Source: an uncultured Desulfobacter sp.
Lineage (GTDB): Bacteria > Desulfobacterota > Desulfobacteria > Desulfobacterales > Desulfobacteraceae
Direction: 5' to 3'
Assembly (NCBI GenBank): GCA_963665095.1
Contig: OY762069.1
Span: 6,336,001 to 6,400,000, forward strand
Length of the DNA stretch: 64,000 nucleotides
Shown: in pieces, positions 9,001-19,178 of the stretch
Layout: every line of letters starts with the position of its first letter
Position numbering within the stretch: position 1 is the first letter of the stretch
Translations under genes and position numbers: made by a program
The notes under the pieces: model-generated
What the model was told of the DNA's origin: nothing
Seen by the model: the letters and a program-made list of their open reading frames with translations, nothing else
Database searches by the model: none

Positions 9001-10593
9001 ATGTACCAGTTAACTCAACGACAAAAGATCATGACCTTTTCCGGTGTCATCATGGCCATGTTTATGGCAGCTCTGGATCAGACTGTCATTAGTACGGCCA
9101 TGCCACGCATCATCGCAGACTTAGGGGGCTTCAGCCAGTATACCTGGGTCTCCTCCGCCTATATCATTGCATCAGCCGTGATCATGCCAATTACAGGACG
9201 ATTGTCAGACCTGTACGGCCGTAAACTGTTTTATCTTTTAGGGATGATCATTTTTCTTTTATCTTCGGTTGCCTGCGGCATGAGCCAGGATATGACGCAA
9301 ATGATCGCAAGCCGTGCTGTCAAGGGGCTTGGGGCGGGCATCATGATGGCTACCGGATTTACTGTGATTGCGGATCTTTTTCCCCCGGCCCAGCGGGGGA
9401 AATACACAGGATACGGATCTGCTGTTTTCGCAGTCTCCTCCATTATCGGCCCGACCCTGGGCGGTTATATTACAGATATGTTTTCCTGGCAGTGGGTGTT
9501 TTTCATCAATATTCCCTTCAGTTTACTGGTGATCGTACTTTTTATACTTTTTTTCCCTGATATTCCTCCCCAGGCTACGGACGGAAAAATTGACATTTTC
9601 GGGGTACTGCTGCTTACCCTGACTATTGTGCCGTTTATGACCGCTTTGGCTGCCGGCCGTGGCGATCCGGTATTGTCCGGGGTGAGGCACTGTGCCCTGT
9701 TTGTCTTTTCCGGCCTGATGCTGGTATGTTTTATATGGAATGAATGCCGGTTTAAAAATCCCATTATCCCCATGGGGCTGTTTAAGAATCAGATTGTTTT
9801 AATTTGTTACGCGGTGACATTTTTGACCGGGTTCAGTATGTACGGCACCATCGTTTTTATTCCCCTTTATTTTCAAGGCGTCCTGGGCGCAACTGCCATG
9901 ATTTCGGGTAATTTTTTAACTCCCATGATGCTGGGACTTGTGCTTGGCAGTATCGGGTCCGGACAGTTGCTGGCCCGTACTGGCGGACACTATAAAATTC
10001 AGGGCATTACCGGCATTGCCGTACTTTTTACAGGCCTTTACCTGCTTACCCGGATGGGGGCTCAGACCGATTTGGGTACTGCGGTTTTCAATATCAGTCT
10101 GACCGGATTAGGACTTGGGATCGCCATACCGCTTCATACCATTGCGGTTCAAAATTCGGTACCATACCATATGCTCGGGGTTGCCACTGCCACAACGGCT
10201 TTTTTTCGTTCCCTGGGCGGCGCAACCGGGCTTGCTGCGCTTGGCGCTATAATGAATTATAGATTTTCAGACGCATTTCTGGGGGCATTGCCCGGCATCC
10301 TGCCTAAAGGCGTTCTTGTTGACCGGTTAACGCAGGTGGCCATGTCGCCGAGGGTGCTGGTGGACCCGGACATACAGGCCAGGTTACAGATATATATCAT
10401 GGAGGTGACATCCCATGGGAACGCCGTTTTTCAGGATATTATATCTGTGCTGAAACAGTCGCTTCAGTATGCCCTGTCTGAAGTGTTTTTCATTGGTATG
10501 TGGGCGGCAGGCGTGGCCTTGCTGCTCTCTGTTTTTCTCAAAGAAATCCCTTTGCGCAGGCAGCATCAGCCATCCGGACAGACAAAAGCATGA
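9001..10593 (+). CDS. MFS DHA2 (EmrB/QacA) efflux transporter
   Basis: ALDQTVISTAMP, GRLSDLYGRK, GPTLGGYITD; about 14 hydrophobic segments. Confidence 0.9.
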   Translation: MYQLTQRQKIMTFSGVIMAMFMAALDQTVISTAMPRIIADLGGFSQYTWVSSAYIIASAVIMPITGRLSDLYGRKLFYLLGMIIFLLSSVACGMSQDMTQMIASRAVKGLGAGIMMATGFTVIADLFPPAQRGKYTGYGSAVFAVSSIIGPTLGGYITDMFSWQWVFFINIPFSLLVIVLFILFFPDIPPQATDGKIDIFGVLLLTLTIVPFMTALAAGRGDPVLSGVRHCALFVFSGLMLVCFIWNECRFKNPIIPMGLFKNQIVLICYAVTFLTGFSMYGTIVFIPLYFQGVLGATAMISGNFLTPMMLGLVLGSIGSGQLLARTGGHYKIQGITGIAVLFTGLYLLTRMGAQTDLGTAVFNISLTGLGLGIAIPLHTIAVQNSVPYHMLGVATATTAFFRSLGGATGLAALGAIMNYRFSDAFLGALPGILPKGVLVDRLTQVAMSPRVLVDPDIQARLQIYIMEVTSHGNAVFQDIISVLKQSLQYALSEVFFIGMWAAGVALLLSVFLKEIPLRRQHQPSGQTKA

Positions 10594-10641
10594 CTTTACG
10601 TTTTTCGCAACCGAATGTACGGGTGTCCCATTTTTGTCAGT

Positions 10642-10670
10642 TTGACAAATAATCGCGTCAATGGTAGCTT
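10642..10670 (+). promoter_or_regulatory. sigma70 promoter of gntR
   Basis: TTGACA-N17-TAGCTT with extended TG; overlaps the inverted repeat TTTGTCA-GTT-TGACAAA. Confidence 0.6.
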
Positions 10671-10701
10671 TCATGCGGTCTTTGAAAGGAAACAAAAAAA
10701 T

Positions 10702-11466
10702 ATGAAACAGCCAAAAGAGATTATCCCCCTTTACGGCAGGGTGGCAGCGATTATCGAAAATAAAATCATTTCCGGGCAGTATGCTCCGGGCGATAAACTG
10801 CCCACAGAAGATGAGCTGGTAACCTACTACGGAGTCAGTAAAATCACCATCAGGGGCGCGCTTTCCAGGCTGGAAGAGAGCGGGTATATCAACCGCATAC
10901 GGGGAAAAGGCACCTTTGTGACAGACAGTATCCCGTCGATTACCCAGACAGTCTCCTCCAACCTGCAGCAGACCATCCAGTTGGCCGGATTCATGAACAT
11001 CATCAGCGTTGAAATGGATGTGGTCACCGTAAAGTTCAGCCGGACCCCCAAAGATATCTGCAACTTTTTCAACTGTTCCACTGAGGATCAGGTGCTTCGG
11101 GTACAGCGGGTGATTTCGCCGGGTAAATTTTTCTATTATTACGATAATTACATGCCGGTCTCATATGCCGACTATTTTTCAGTAGATGAAATCAAAGAAA
11201 AAAAATCCCTGCAGACCATTTTACGAGAAAAAATGAATCTCAAGGTGACCAAAGGCGATATGTACCTGCAGGCCCTGCCCTCTGATCCTGATATTTCCCA
11301 GAAACTGCAATGCCCCTCTTTTGAACCCCTGATCAATGTCCAGACCCAGTTCTGGCACAAGGACAAAGAGCCGTTTGAACTGCTCAATATTTATTTCAGG
11401 TCATGCTATTTCAAATACAAGGTCGAACTGGATATCAACCTTGCGGAGAACTATAAGGAAAAATAA
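10702..11466 (+). CDS. GntR family regulator (HutC/UTRA type)
   Basis: LPTEDEL..YGVSKITIRGALSRL..RGKGTFV wHTH followed by a UTRA-sized C-terminal domain. Confidence 0.88.
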   Translation: MKQPKEIIPLYGRVAAIIENKIISGQYAPGDKLPTEDELVTYYGVSKITIRGALSRLEESGYINRIRGKGTFVTDSIPSITQTVSSNLQQTIQLAGFMNIISVEMDVVTVKFSRTPKDICNFFNCSTEDQVLRVQRVISPGKFFYYYDNYMPVSYADYFSVDEIKEKKSLQTILREKMNLKVTKGDMYLQALPSDPDISQKLQCPSFEPLINVQTQFWHKDKEPFELLNIYFRSCYFKYKVELDINLAENYKEK

Positions 11467-11543
11467 ACACCTGTCATTAACCTCCTTTCTTTTCCCTATC
11501 CATTTGCTGTCATAGCCTTTTTTAAAAAAACTGAAAATATCTC

Positions 11544-11590
11544 TTGACCAAGATTTAATTATAAGATTATAAAGTTATAACTTTAGAGTT
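11544..11590 (+). promoter_or_regulatory. sigma70 promoter overlapped by phased TTATAA repeats (operator candidate)
   Basis: TTGACC at 11544; TTATAA-GA-TTATAA-AG-TTATAA-CT-TTAGAG from 11559 with 8-bp periodicity covering the -10 region. Confidence 0.6.
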
Positions 11591-11628
11591 TATATGTATT
11601 TTATTAACTTCAACATAAGAGGGATATT

Positions 11629-12732
11629 ATGGACGCAAGCAAAAACCTCAGTGAACAGAAACAATGGGCAAAGGAAAATTATAAGGGTATGTCAACTTTG
11701 ATTTTCCCGTCATTTACGCCGGACTTCAAGGAGATCGACGAAGAAGGTGTTCGTCTGGATGTACGCAACAGCGCCAAACACGGATTCGGCGCTGTGATGA
11801 CCTTTCCGGTGGGTGTTACACCTGAACAGCACGCCCAATTTATTAATGTCATGTGTGATGAGGCCAAAAAGGTGAACATTCTGGCAGGGGACGTCATTGG
11901 CGAAGCCACAGAAGAACTGGACCTGGCCCAGATCAAGGTAAATGAAGATAATGGGTGCTCGCATCTGCTTATCAATCCGGACCGCAGCGGCCTGGCTCAG
12001 ACCGACGATGAACTCTATGAAAAGTACCGCAGACGCATTGAATCCACCTCCCTGCCGGTCTGGATTTTCGCCATGGAAGCACCTTACTACCGCAAGTTCG
12101 GCCCCAGTGGGGTACCGCTTAATGTCTTTGACAAACTGGCGAATCTGCCCAATGTGGTGGGTATTAAGCTGTCCCACCCCCTTTCCATCGGCACCGCATT
12201 CCTCTGTGCTGAGATGTTTTCAGACCGTCTTCTGGTCAGTCCGGTTAATTTTGAACTGATGCCGTTACTGATGAAACATTACGGGGTTCAATGCTCAGGC
12301 CAGTGGTCCTGCGAAGCGATTCAGTCTCCGGAAAAACCCTATGCCGTGGATATGATGAATCTTATGATGGAAGGTAAATTTGATGAAGCGTTTAAAATAT
12401 ACCATAAGATCCAGCCGGCCCTGAATGACTTTTTCTGGCTTCAGGCCCCGTGCATTCTTAAGCACACCAGCCCCTGGCAGCATCGCAAATATATTCAGTG
12501 GTGCGTTGGCGGCAACGGGGGGTTGATGTACATTGCCAATCCCAGATATAAACACTACAACGTGCCAACCCTTGATCAGGCTGCCCGGGATCATATTAAA
12601 AACTGGTTCAGGAAAATCGGAATCGAACCTGCGTCGGCACCGGAGGAAGAGTTCATGGTGGGAAAAGCTGCCTATGCCAGAGGCGTCAGGGAGCCGGATC
12701 TGACAGCCGTCCAGTACTACAGAATGGATTAG
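11629..12732 (+). CDS. DapA/NAL-superfamily class I aldolase-like protein (paralog 1)
   Basis: PSFTPDFKEIDEEGVRLDV start and Schiff-base motif LPNVVGIKLS; lacks the DHDPS GTTGE motif. Confidence 0.75.
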   Translation: MDASKNLSEQKQWAKENYKGMSTLIFPSFTPDFKEIDEEGVRLDVRNSAKHGFGAVMTFPVGVTPEQHAQFINVMCDEAKKVNILAGDVIGEATEELDLAQIKVNEDNGCSHLLINPDRSGLAQTDDELYEKYRRRIESTSLPVWIFAMEAPYYRKFGPSGVPLNVFDKLANLPNVVGIKLSHPLSIGTAFLCAEMFSDRLLVSPVNFELMPLLMKHYGVQCSGQWSCEAIQSPEKPYAVDMMNLMMEGKFDEAFKIYHKIQPALNDFFWLQAPCILKHTSPWQHRKYIQWCVGGNGGLMYIANPRYKHYNVPTLDQAARDHIKNWFRKIGIEPASAPEEEFMVGKAAYARGVREPDLTAVQYYRMD

Positions 12733-12785
12733 AACAACACCGCATGTGTTTGGGGATGAAACATTCAAAAGAGGAGTGGTAACTG

Positions 12786-14315
12786 ATGCCCACGTTAGCC
12801 GGACTGTTGCGCAGTGGCTGTGAAAAAGAATTCGCCAGAACAGCGCTTGCTTTTTTTCGTTCAGGAGAGACGGAATCCTGCCTCTCCTTTGTCCAGCTCG
12901 ACCGGGACGCCTGCCGCATGGCGCATTTTCTATGCAGCCAGGGGATTCATAAAGGGGACCATGTGGCCCTCATGATGGATAAATCCTTATTTTTTGTGAC
13001 AGCTTATATAGCGGTTCAAAAAATCGGAGCGGTTGCCATTCCTTTTAATCCTGAATACAAATCGTCTGAACTGGCCTATCTTTTGAAAGATTCAAACCCG
13101 GAACTGCTGCTGGCCTCTGCTCATCTTGAAAAGACCATAGCCGGAGCCTGTTTGGATGTAAAAACCATGTATGTCGACACCCGTGTGCCATACGAACAGA
13201 CAGACCTGTTCAAAGAGTTACCCAGCGGGTTCGACATACCGGAACTTTCCGCCAGTGACCCCGCCTTAATCATATATACCTCCGGTACCACCGGGAACCC
13301 GAAAGGTGTGATCTTGAGCCAGGACAACCTTTGCAGCAACGCGCGAACCATTATGGAGGCCTGGCAGATAACGGAAACCGACTGCCTGCTCCATGCACTG
13401 CCCCTGTTTCACATCCACGGCCTCTGCTTTGCTCTGAACACCTGCCTGATCGCCGGCAGCACCATCCTGCTGACGGACAGGTTTGATGCCGGCGTTGTTC
13501 TGGATCTGCTGAAAAACCGGAACCGGGAACAGGCCTGCTCCATTTTTATGGGGGTCCCCACCATGTACCGGCGTCTGGTAGACGGCATGGATGGGAAATC
13601 CGTGGACCTGGGGCACCTCCGGCTGCTGGCGGTTGGATCGGCCCCGCTGCTGGAAAAGGACTTTGAGCGAATTTCACATGCCTTTGGGAGCGAACCGGTG
13701 GAACGGGAAGGCATGAGCGAAACCGGTATGAACTTCAGCAATCCCCTGAATGGTGTCAAAAAACCAGGCTCCATTGGCCTGCCACTGCCCGGCCTTGAGG
13801 TAAGGGTGGTGGATCCAGACACCTCAGAGGATGTGGCTGTGGGAGAGATCGGAGAGTTCCTTCTTAAAGGACCCAATATATTCCAGGGATATCTGAACAA
13901 ACCGGAGGAGACAATAAAGGCATTTGATCATGGATGGTTTAGAACCGGCGACCTGGGACGAAAAGATGCGGACGGGTACTATTTTTTAACGGACCGGCTG
14001 AAAAATATTATTATCTCCGGTGGCGAAAATATTTCTCCAAAGGAAATTGAGAATGTTATCAACCGGCTTGAAGATGTAACGGAAGTCTGCGTGGTGGGTA
14101 TCAAGGACCCCCAATGGGGAGAAAAAGTTGTTGCCGCCATCGTGAAAAAAACCGATGCCGCTGTCACGGCCCATGACGTTAAAGAAATCTGTAAAACCCA
14201 TCTGCATGACTGGAAATGTCCCAAAGAGATCCTGTTTCTTGAGCAGCTTCCCAAAAACGCCATGGGAAAAATACTTAAGGAAAAAGTTCAGGAAAAATTT
14301 TTATCACCGGCATAA
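12786..14315 (+). CDS. acyl-CoA synthetase, MatB/ACSF3-like
   Basis: YTSGTTGNPKG, LHALPLFHIHGL, FMGVPTMY, EREGMSETG, FRTGDLG, PKNAMGK. Confidence 0.88.
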   Translation: MPTLAGLLRSGCEKEFARTALAFFRSGETESCLSFVQLDRDACRMAHFLCSQGIHKGDHVALMMDKSLFFVTAYIAVQKIGAVAIPFNPEYKSSELAYLLKDSNPELLLASAHLEKTIAGACLDVKTMYVDTRVPYEQTDLFKELPSGFDIPELSASDPALIIYTSGTTGNPKGVILSQDNLCSNARTIMEAWQITETDCLLHALPLFHIHGLCFALNTCLIAGSTILLTDRFDAGVVLDLLKNRNREQACSIFMGVPTMYRRLVDGMDGKSVDLGHLRLLAVGSAPLLEKDFERISHAFGSEPVEREGMSETGMNFSNPLNGVKKPGSIGLPLPGLEVRVVDPDTSEDVAVGEIGEFLLKGPNIFQGYLNKPEETIKAFDHGWFRTGDLGRKDADGYYFLTDRLKNIIISGGENISPKEIENVINRLEDVTEVCVVGIKDPQWGEKVVAAIVKKTDAAVTAHDVKEICKTHLHDWKCPKEILFLEQLPKNAMGKILKEKVQEKFLSPA

Positions 14316-14353
14316 ACCCGGTCACAGCATAAAACCATGGGGAAATAAACAAT

Positions 14354-15439
14354 ATGGCTGATAAAATAGGTATAAGCACGCATAAAGCATGGGCTCTGGA
14401 ACATTACAAGGGAATGGAAAATCTGTTGATGCCCTCCTTTTCTCCGGATTTTTCGCATCTGGATGAACAGGGCATTCGGTTGGATGTAAAAAACAGTATC
14501 CGCCACGGTTTTTTCTCCGTAATGGCGACACCGGTGGGTCTCTCTAGTGATGAAGAGAACCTTCAATTTATCAAAACCGTATGCAGCGCGGCCAAAGGCA
14601 GCATTATGGCCGGGGTCATGGTGGCCCACAGGAACCTTGACGCCGATTTGGAGATGATCCGGCTCTCCGAAGAGTTCCGGGCCACCCATCTGTTTATCTG
14701 GCCGGCTTACAGTCTTGCCGGCGTAACGGATGTGGATGAGGCCTATGCTATTTATCTTGAACGTATTAAAGCCACCCGGCTGCCTGTGGTATTGTATGCC
14801 AACTTTACCTGTTTTAAGAACCTGGGATACGGATTGGCGCTGTTCCACCGCCTGGCAGACCTCCCCAATGTGGTGGCCATCAAACTGACCCAGCCCATGA
14901 ACCTGTCACTGGCGTTTCATCTGTGCCAAACCTTGGGGGACAGGCTTCTCATCGGTCCGGTCAACCTGGATTTTGTTCCCATTCTGGCGAAATATTGCGG
15001 GGTCCAGTGGAGTGGGCAGTGGAATGTGGAGGCGGTTCAAACTCCTGACCACCCCTATGCTGTCGAGTTGATGCGTCACCTGAATAAGGGGCGGATGAAT
15101 GAGGCCATGGCCGCCTTTCGGTCCCTGGAACCGGCTTTGGCTGCATTTTACGAACTCCAGGCGCCATTGATCAAAAAGGGAGTGCACCCCTGGGCCCATA
15201 TGAAATACTTCCAGTGGTGCGGCGGAGGCAACGGCGGCCTGATACGGGAAACCGACCCCTTAAAGGGCAAAGTGCCCATACTGGATGATACAGGTCGGGT
15301 CGCCATCCGTCAGGCGTATCAGAAGGCAGGCATCAATGTTGAGAAGGCGGTGGATGCCTCGTTTCCCACGGGGCGGGCCGCCTTTTCCCGGGGCATCGCC
15401 CCTGACGGGATGGTCCTGCCATCCTTTTACAAACCATAA
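14354..15439 (+). CDS. DapA/NAL-superfamily class I aldolase-like protein (paralog 2)
   Basis: Colinear with 11629..12732; LPVVLYAN and LPNVVAIKLT. Confidence 0.75.
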   Translation: MADKIGISTHKAWALEHYKGMENLLMPSFSPDFSHLDEQGIRLDVKNSIRHGFFSVMATPVGLSSDEENLQFIKTVCSAAKGSIMAGVMVAHRNLDADLEMIRLSEEFRATHLFIWPAYSLAGVTDVDEAYAIYLERIKATRLPVVLYANFTCFKNLGYGLALFHRLADLPNVVAIKLTQPMNLSLAFHLCQTLGDRLLIGPVNLDFVPILAKYCGVQWSGQWNVEAVQTPDHPYAVELMRHLNKGRMNEAMAAFRSLEPALAAFYELQAPLIKKGVHPWAHMKYFQWCGGGNGGLIRETDPLKGKVPILDDTGRVAIRQAYQKAGINVEKAVDASFPTGRAAFSRGIAPDGMVLPSFYKP

Positions 15440-15469
15440 AGGAGGGTTGGACCCAATTTAAGAATTCCC

Positions 15470-15506
15470 TTGAAAATAAATATATAATATAATTATAACT
15501 TTATAT
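15470..15506 (+). promoter_or_regulatory. promoter/operator candidate upstream of the ABC operon
   Basis: TTGAAA at 15470, TATAAT copies, and TTATAA-CT-TTATAT at 15493. Confidence 0.5.
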
Positions 15507-15586
15507 ATTTAGGATAGGTATCAACACCCTGACAGGCAAACAACGGTATCCATCTGCCGCCTTGCCATTAAAGAAAGGAGAGACCC

Positions 15587-17251
15587 ATGAAATCAGCTCG
15601 AACCATGTCCAGCAAACTTGCATTTATCAGGACGCCGGGTTGTTTGATCGCGGCATTGTGTCTGTTTTTTGCCCCTGCGTTTTCATCGGCCAACCAGATC
15701 TATGAGGGGGAAGCGGCATTCAGCGGCCGGTACGAAGCGCGGATGAAAGGCCAGACGCCGGTGTACGGAGGAACTTTGCGCTCCCACATGCAGACCGAAC
15801 CCCGCTCCCTTGACCCCCATATGGATACCTCCTCTTCCACAGTCCTGGTCTCCAACGTTGCCTACAACGGCTTGCTGCGGCTGGCCCCGGACATGAAAAA
15901 TATTGAACCGGACCTGGCTGAAAGCTGGCAACAGATTGATGACCTCACCTATGAATTCAAGCTGCACCAGGGGGTACGCTTCCATAACATCCCCCCGGTC
16001 AACGGCCGGGAAATGACATCTGCCGACGTCAAGTACAGCTTTGAGCGCATCATGGGAATGTACGGGAAAAAATCCCAGTTCAAACACTCCTATTATTTTG
16101 CCGACAAGATTGAATCCATTGAAACCCCGGATAAATACACGATTATCTTTAAGACAAAAAAACCCTATGCGCCGTTTATCGCCTATGTGGCATCCAACTG
16201 GACCAAGATTGTTCCCAGGGAAGCCGTGGATGAATTCGGAGATTTAAAACGCAAAATGATCGGAACCGGCCCGTTCATGCTTAAAGAGTATCTTAAAGGC
16301 TCTCATATGCTGTTTGTGAAGAACCCCGATTACTTTGTAAAAGAGCGCCCCTACCTGGATGCGGTTCATTTTAAAATCATTAAAAACCGGAAAGTGGAAG
16401 TCGCTGCCTACATGGCCAATGAGCTGGATGTGGGCCGGGTGAATGTTAACGATCTTGCCACCATCGCGGAAAAATCCCCTGAGACCATTTTGTTAAAATA
16501 TCCCAATATGTTTACCTGGACCCTGCGGACGCCTGCCTGGCTCGGGGAAAAAGGCATACAAAAACCCTTTGATGACATACGGGTCCGCCAGGCCATCGCC
16601 CACGCCATTGACAAGAAAAAATTGATGTACCTGGCCTCAAGCCCCGACGGCATCATTCAGGTCGGGCCTGTTCCCAGGCAGTTTGTGCCCTGGGGGTTGC
16701 CTGAATCGGATCAATGGGAGTATAACCCCCAAAAAGCCAGGGAGTTATTGACCCAGGCCGGTTATCCTGACGGATTTGAAACAGAAATTATCACCTTTAA
16801 CCTGGCATACATGGTCAAGCCCATGCAGGTCATCCAGCAAATGCTCCAGCAGGTTGGCATCAAAGCAAAACTCAATCCCATGGATCCGGCCCAGTACCTG
16901 AACGCCACCTACCGGTACAAATACCAGATGGCGCTGCACATGACCACCACGGGGTTTGATCCGTCAGAATGGCTGGTTCCTTATTTCGGCTTCCCAAAGA
17001 GTGCCACTTATTATAAATGGGGAAATAAAGAGCTTTGGGAACTGATTGCCAAACAGGAATATATCATGGATAAAAATGCCCGGGTAAAAGCTGTCGCCGA
17101 TATCCAGCGCAAGATTGTGGAAGAGTGCATGAGCCAGAGCCTGTATACCCAGATTTCCATCCGGGCGTTCAGGCCCAATATCCATCTGCGGCATTACATG
17201 CATCCGTCTTCCGAAGGCATCCATGAATTTGACTGGATAGAAAAACAATAA
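15587..17251 (+). CDS. ABC transporter substrate-binding protein, family 5 (DppA/OppA-like)
   Basis: SLDPH, EPDLAESW, GVRFH, DVKYSFER, GTGPF, DIRVRQAIAHAID. Confidence 0.9.
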   Translation: MKSARTMSSKLAFIRTPGCLIAALCLFFAPAFSSANQIYEGEAAFSGRYEARMKGQTPVYGGTLRSHMQTEPRSLDPHMDTSSSTVLVSNVAYNGLLRLAPDMKNIEPDLAESWQQIDDLTYEFKLHQGVRFHNIPPVNGREMTSADVKYSFERIMGMYGKKSQFKHSYYFADKIESIETPDKYTIIFKTKKPYAPFIAYVASNWTKIVPREAVDEFGDLKRKMIGTGPFMLKEYLKGSHMLFVKNPDYFVKERPYLDAVHFKIIKNRKVEVAAYMANELDVGRVNVNDLATIAEKSPETILLKYPNMFTWTLRTPAWLGEKGIQKPFDDIRVRQAIAHAIDKKKLMYLASSPDGIIQVGPVPRQFVPWGLPESDQWEYNPQKARELLTQAGYPDGFETEIITFNLAYMVKPMQVIQQMLQQVGIKAKLNPMDPAQYLNATYRYKYQMALHMTTTGFDPSEWLVPYFGFPKSATYYKWGNKELWELIAKQEYIMDKNARVKAVADIQRKIVEECMSQSLYTQISIRAFRPNIHLRHYMHPSSEGIHEFDWIEKQ

Positions 17252-17260
17252 GGGAAAACC

Positions 17261-18205
17261 ATGGTCCGCTATATTATACGAAGGCTGCTGCTTTTAATCC
17301 CCACCCTGTTTCTGGTATCGTTTGCCGTATTCGGCATGATCCGAATGATCCCCGGCGATATCGTGGAGGTCATGGTGTCGGAGCAGGGCTATGCGGATGA
17401 TGAAGAAGAGCTTCGAAAGATTCTGGGCGTTGACAAACCCCTGGTGCACCAGTACCTGATCTATATGAAAAAGGTGTTCCAGGGAGATCTGGGCCGATCC
17501 TTATGGAGCGGGGAACCTGTGGTTAACGAAATTGCCAGAAGATTTCCGGTGAGCATCACCATGGCCTGTATGGCATTGTTGTGGACCGTGGTTGTCGGCA
17601 TATCCCTGGGCGTGTTGTCCGCCCTGTTCCAGGATACCTGGCTGGACTACATCCTGCGAATTTACGCCATTGGCTGGCTGTCCATCCCCGGGTTCTGGGT
17701 GGCCACCATGGTGGTGGTATTCGGATCCATGTACCTTGGATGGGTGCCTGCCATGAACTACACCCCGTTTTTAAAAGATCCCATGGCCAATCTGTCCCAG
17801 TTTTTTGTGCCGTCCGTGATTCTCTCCCTTGTATTGTCCGCCAGCATCATGCGTATGACACGCACCATGATGCTGGAGGTGATGCGGGAAGACTATATCC
17901 GCACGGCCCGGGCCAAAGGGCTTTCCACCTGGACCGTGGTGCTGCGCCATGCATTAAAGAACGCCATGATCCCCGTGATCACCATTATGGGGCTGCAACT
18001 GGCCTTTTTGTTCGGCGGCACCATTATCATGGAGCATGTATTTCTTCTGCCCGGCATCGGTTCTTACATGTTGGAAGCAATTACATGGCGGGATTATCCG
18101 GTCATACAGGGCATTGTCCTCTTTGTGGCCTCTGCCCTGATGACCATCAATCTGATTGTGGACCTGCTGTATGCAGTGTTTGACCCGAAAATCAAGTACG
18201 CTTAA
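17261..18205 (+). CDS. peptide/nickel-type ABC permease (DppB-like)
   Basis: YIIRRLL, GDLGRS and EAA loop DYIRTARAKGL. Confidence 0.92.
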   Translation: MVRYIIRRLLLLIPTLFLVSFAVFGMIRMIPGDIVEVMVSEQGYADDEEELRKILGVDKPLVHQYLIYMKKVFQGDLGRSLWSGEPVVNEIARRFPVSITMACMALLWTVVVGISLGVLSALFQDTWLDYILRIYAIGWLSIPGFWVATMVVVFGSMYLGWVPAMNYTPFLKDPMANLSQFFVPSVILSLVLSASIMRMTRTMMLEVMREDYIRTARAKGLSTWTVVLRHALKNAMIPVITIMGLQLAFLFGGTIIMEHVFLLPGIGSYMLEAITWRDYPVIQGIVLFVASALMTINLIVDLLYAVFDPKIKYA

Positions 18206-18206
18206 C

Positions 18207-19142
18207 ATGCAAAGAACAATAATGACGCAGTCAAAATTTGCTAAAACCGTTGCAGTCCAGGGAAATAGCGACATTGACCTGCCCAGACGGCATCATTGGA
18301 CCATTGACCTGATCATTCAGTTGTTTAAAACCAAACCCCTGGGTGCCGTGGGGGTGGTGATCATTCTGGGAATGACGTTTATGTCAGTTTTTGCCCCCTT
18401 TATTGCCCCCTATGATCCCAATGAAATTATTGGAATGAACATCAACAAACCACCTGGGGGGCAGTTTCTTTTCGGGACAGACGCCCTGGCCCGGGACTAC
18501 TTCAGCCGGGTGGTATATGGTGCCCGGGTCTCCCTTCAGGTGGGGTTCCTTGTGGTTTTTTCCCAGGTATTGATCTACACCACTGTCGGCACCCTTTCCG
18601 CCTATATCGGCGGCATCTTTGACACTCTGATGCAGCGGGTTGTGGATGCTGTGATGTGCATTCCCTGGATGGTATTCATGCTCATGGTCATGGCGGTACT
18701 GGGCTCGGGCAAACAGAACGTCATCATTGCCCTGGTTCTGGTGGGGTGGGCCGGGCCCTCCCGAATTATCCGGGGGACGGTACTGGCAGTGAAGAAGAGT
18801 GAATATGTCCTGGCGGCAAGGGCTGTGGGCTGTCCCAAGTGGTCTATTGTGATGCATCATATCCTGCCCAACATCACTGCACCTATTATTGTCATGGCCA
18901 CCCTGGGCCTGGGTAATATCATCCTGGCAGAGGCGGCGTTAAGTTTTTTAGGCATGGGAATCCAGCCGCCGGACCCGTCCTGGGGCAGAATGCTCAGCAA
19001 GGAAGGCATGTACTATATGACCGAGGCGCCCTGGCTGGCCATATTCCCCGGAATTGCCATCAGTCTTGCTGTGTTCGGATTCAATATGACGGGTGATGCC
19101 TTAAGGGACCTTCTGGACCCGAAACTGAACGGAACAAAATAA
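18207..19142 (+). CDS. peptide/nickel-type ABC permease (DppC-like)
   Basis: FGTDALARD..SRVVYGARVSL, EYVLAARAVG, GDALRDLLDP; start 18207 or 18222. Confidence 0.9.
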   Translation: MQRTIMTQSKFAKTVAVQGNSDIDLPRRHHWTIDLIIQLFKTKPLGAVGVVIILGMTFMSVFAPFIAPYDPNEIIGMNINKPPGGQFLFGTDALARDYFSRVVYGARVSLQVGFLVVFSQVLIYTTVGTLSAYIGGIFDTLMQRVVDAVMCIPWMVFMLMVMAVLGSGKQNVIIALVLVGWAGPSRIIRGTVLAVKKSEYVLAARAVGCPKWSIVMHHILPNITAPIIVMATLGLGNIILAEAALSFLGMGIQPPDPSWGRMLSKEGMYYMTEAPWLAIFPGIAISLAVFGFNMTGDALRDLLDPKLNGTK

Positions 19143-19178
19143 AAAAATACCTGAACAATTCATAGGCCAAGGACCATC

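Noticed and set aside
11629..15439. dapA assignment
   Set aside because: GTTGE motif absent, proteins about 70 aa longer than DHDPS, and the context is catabolic.
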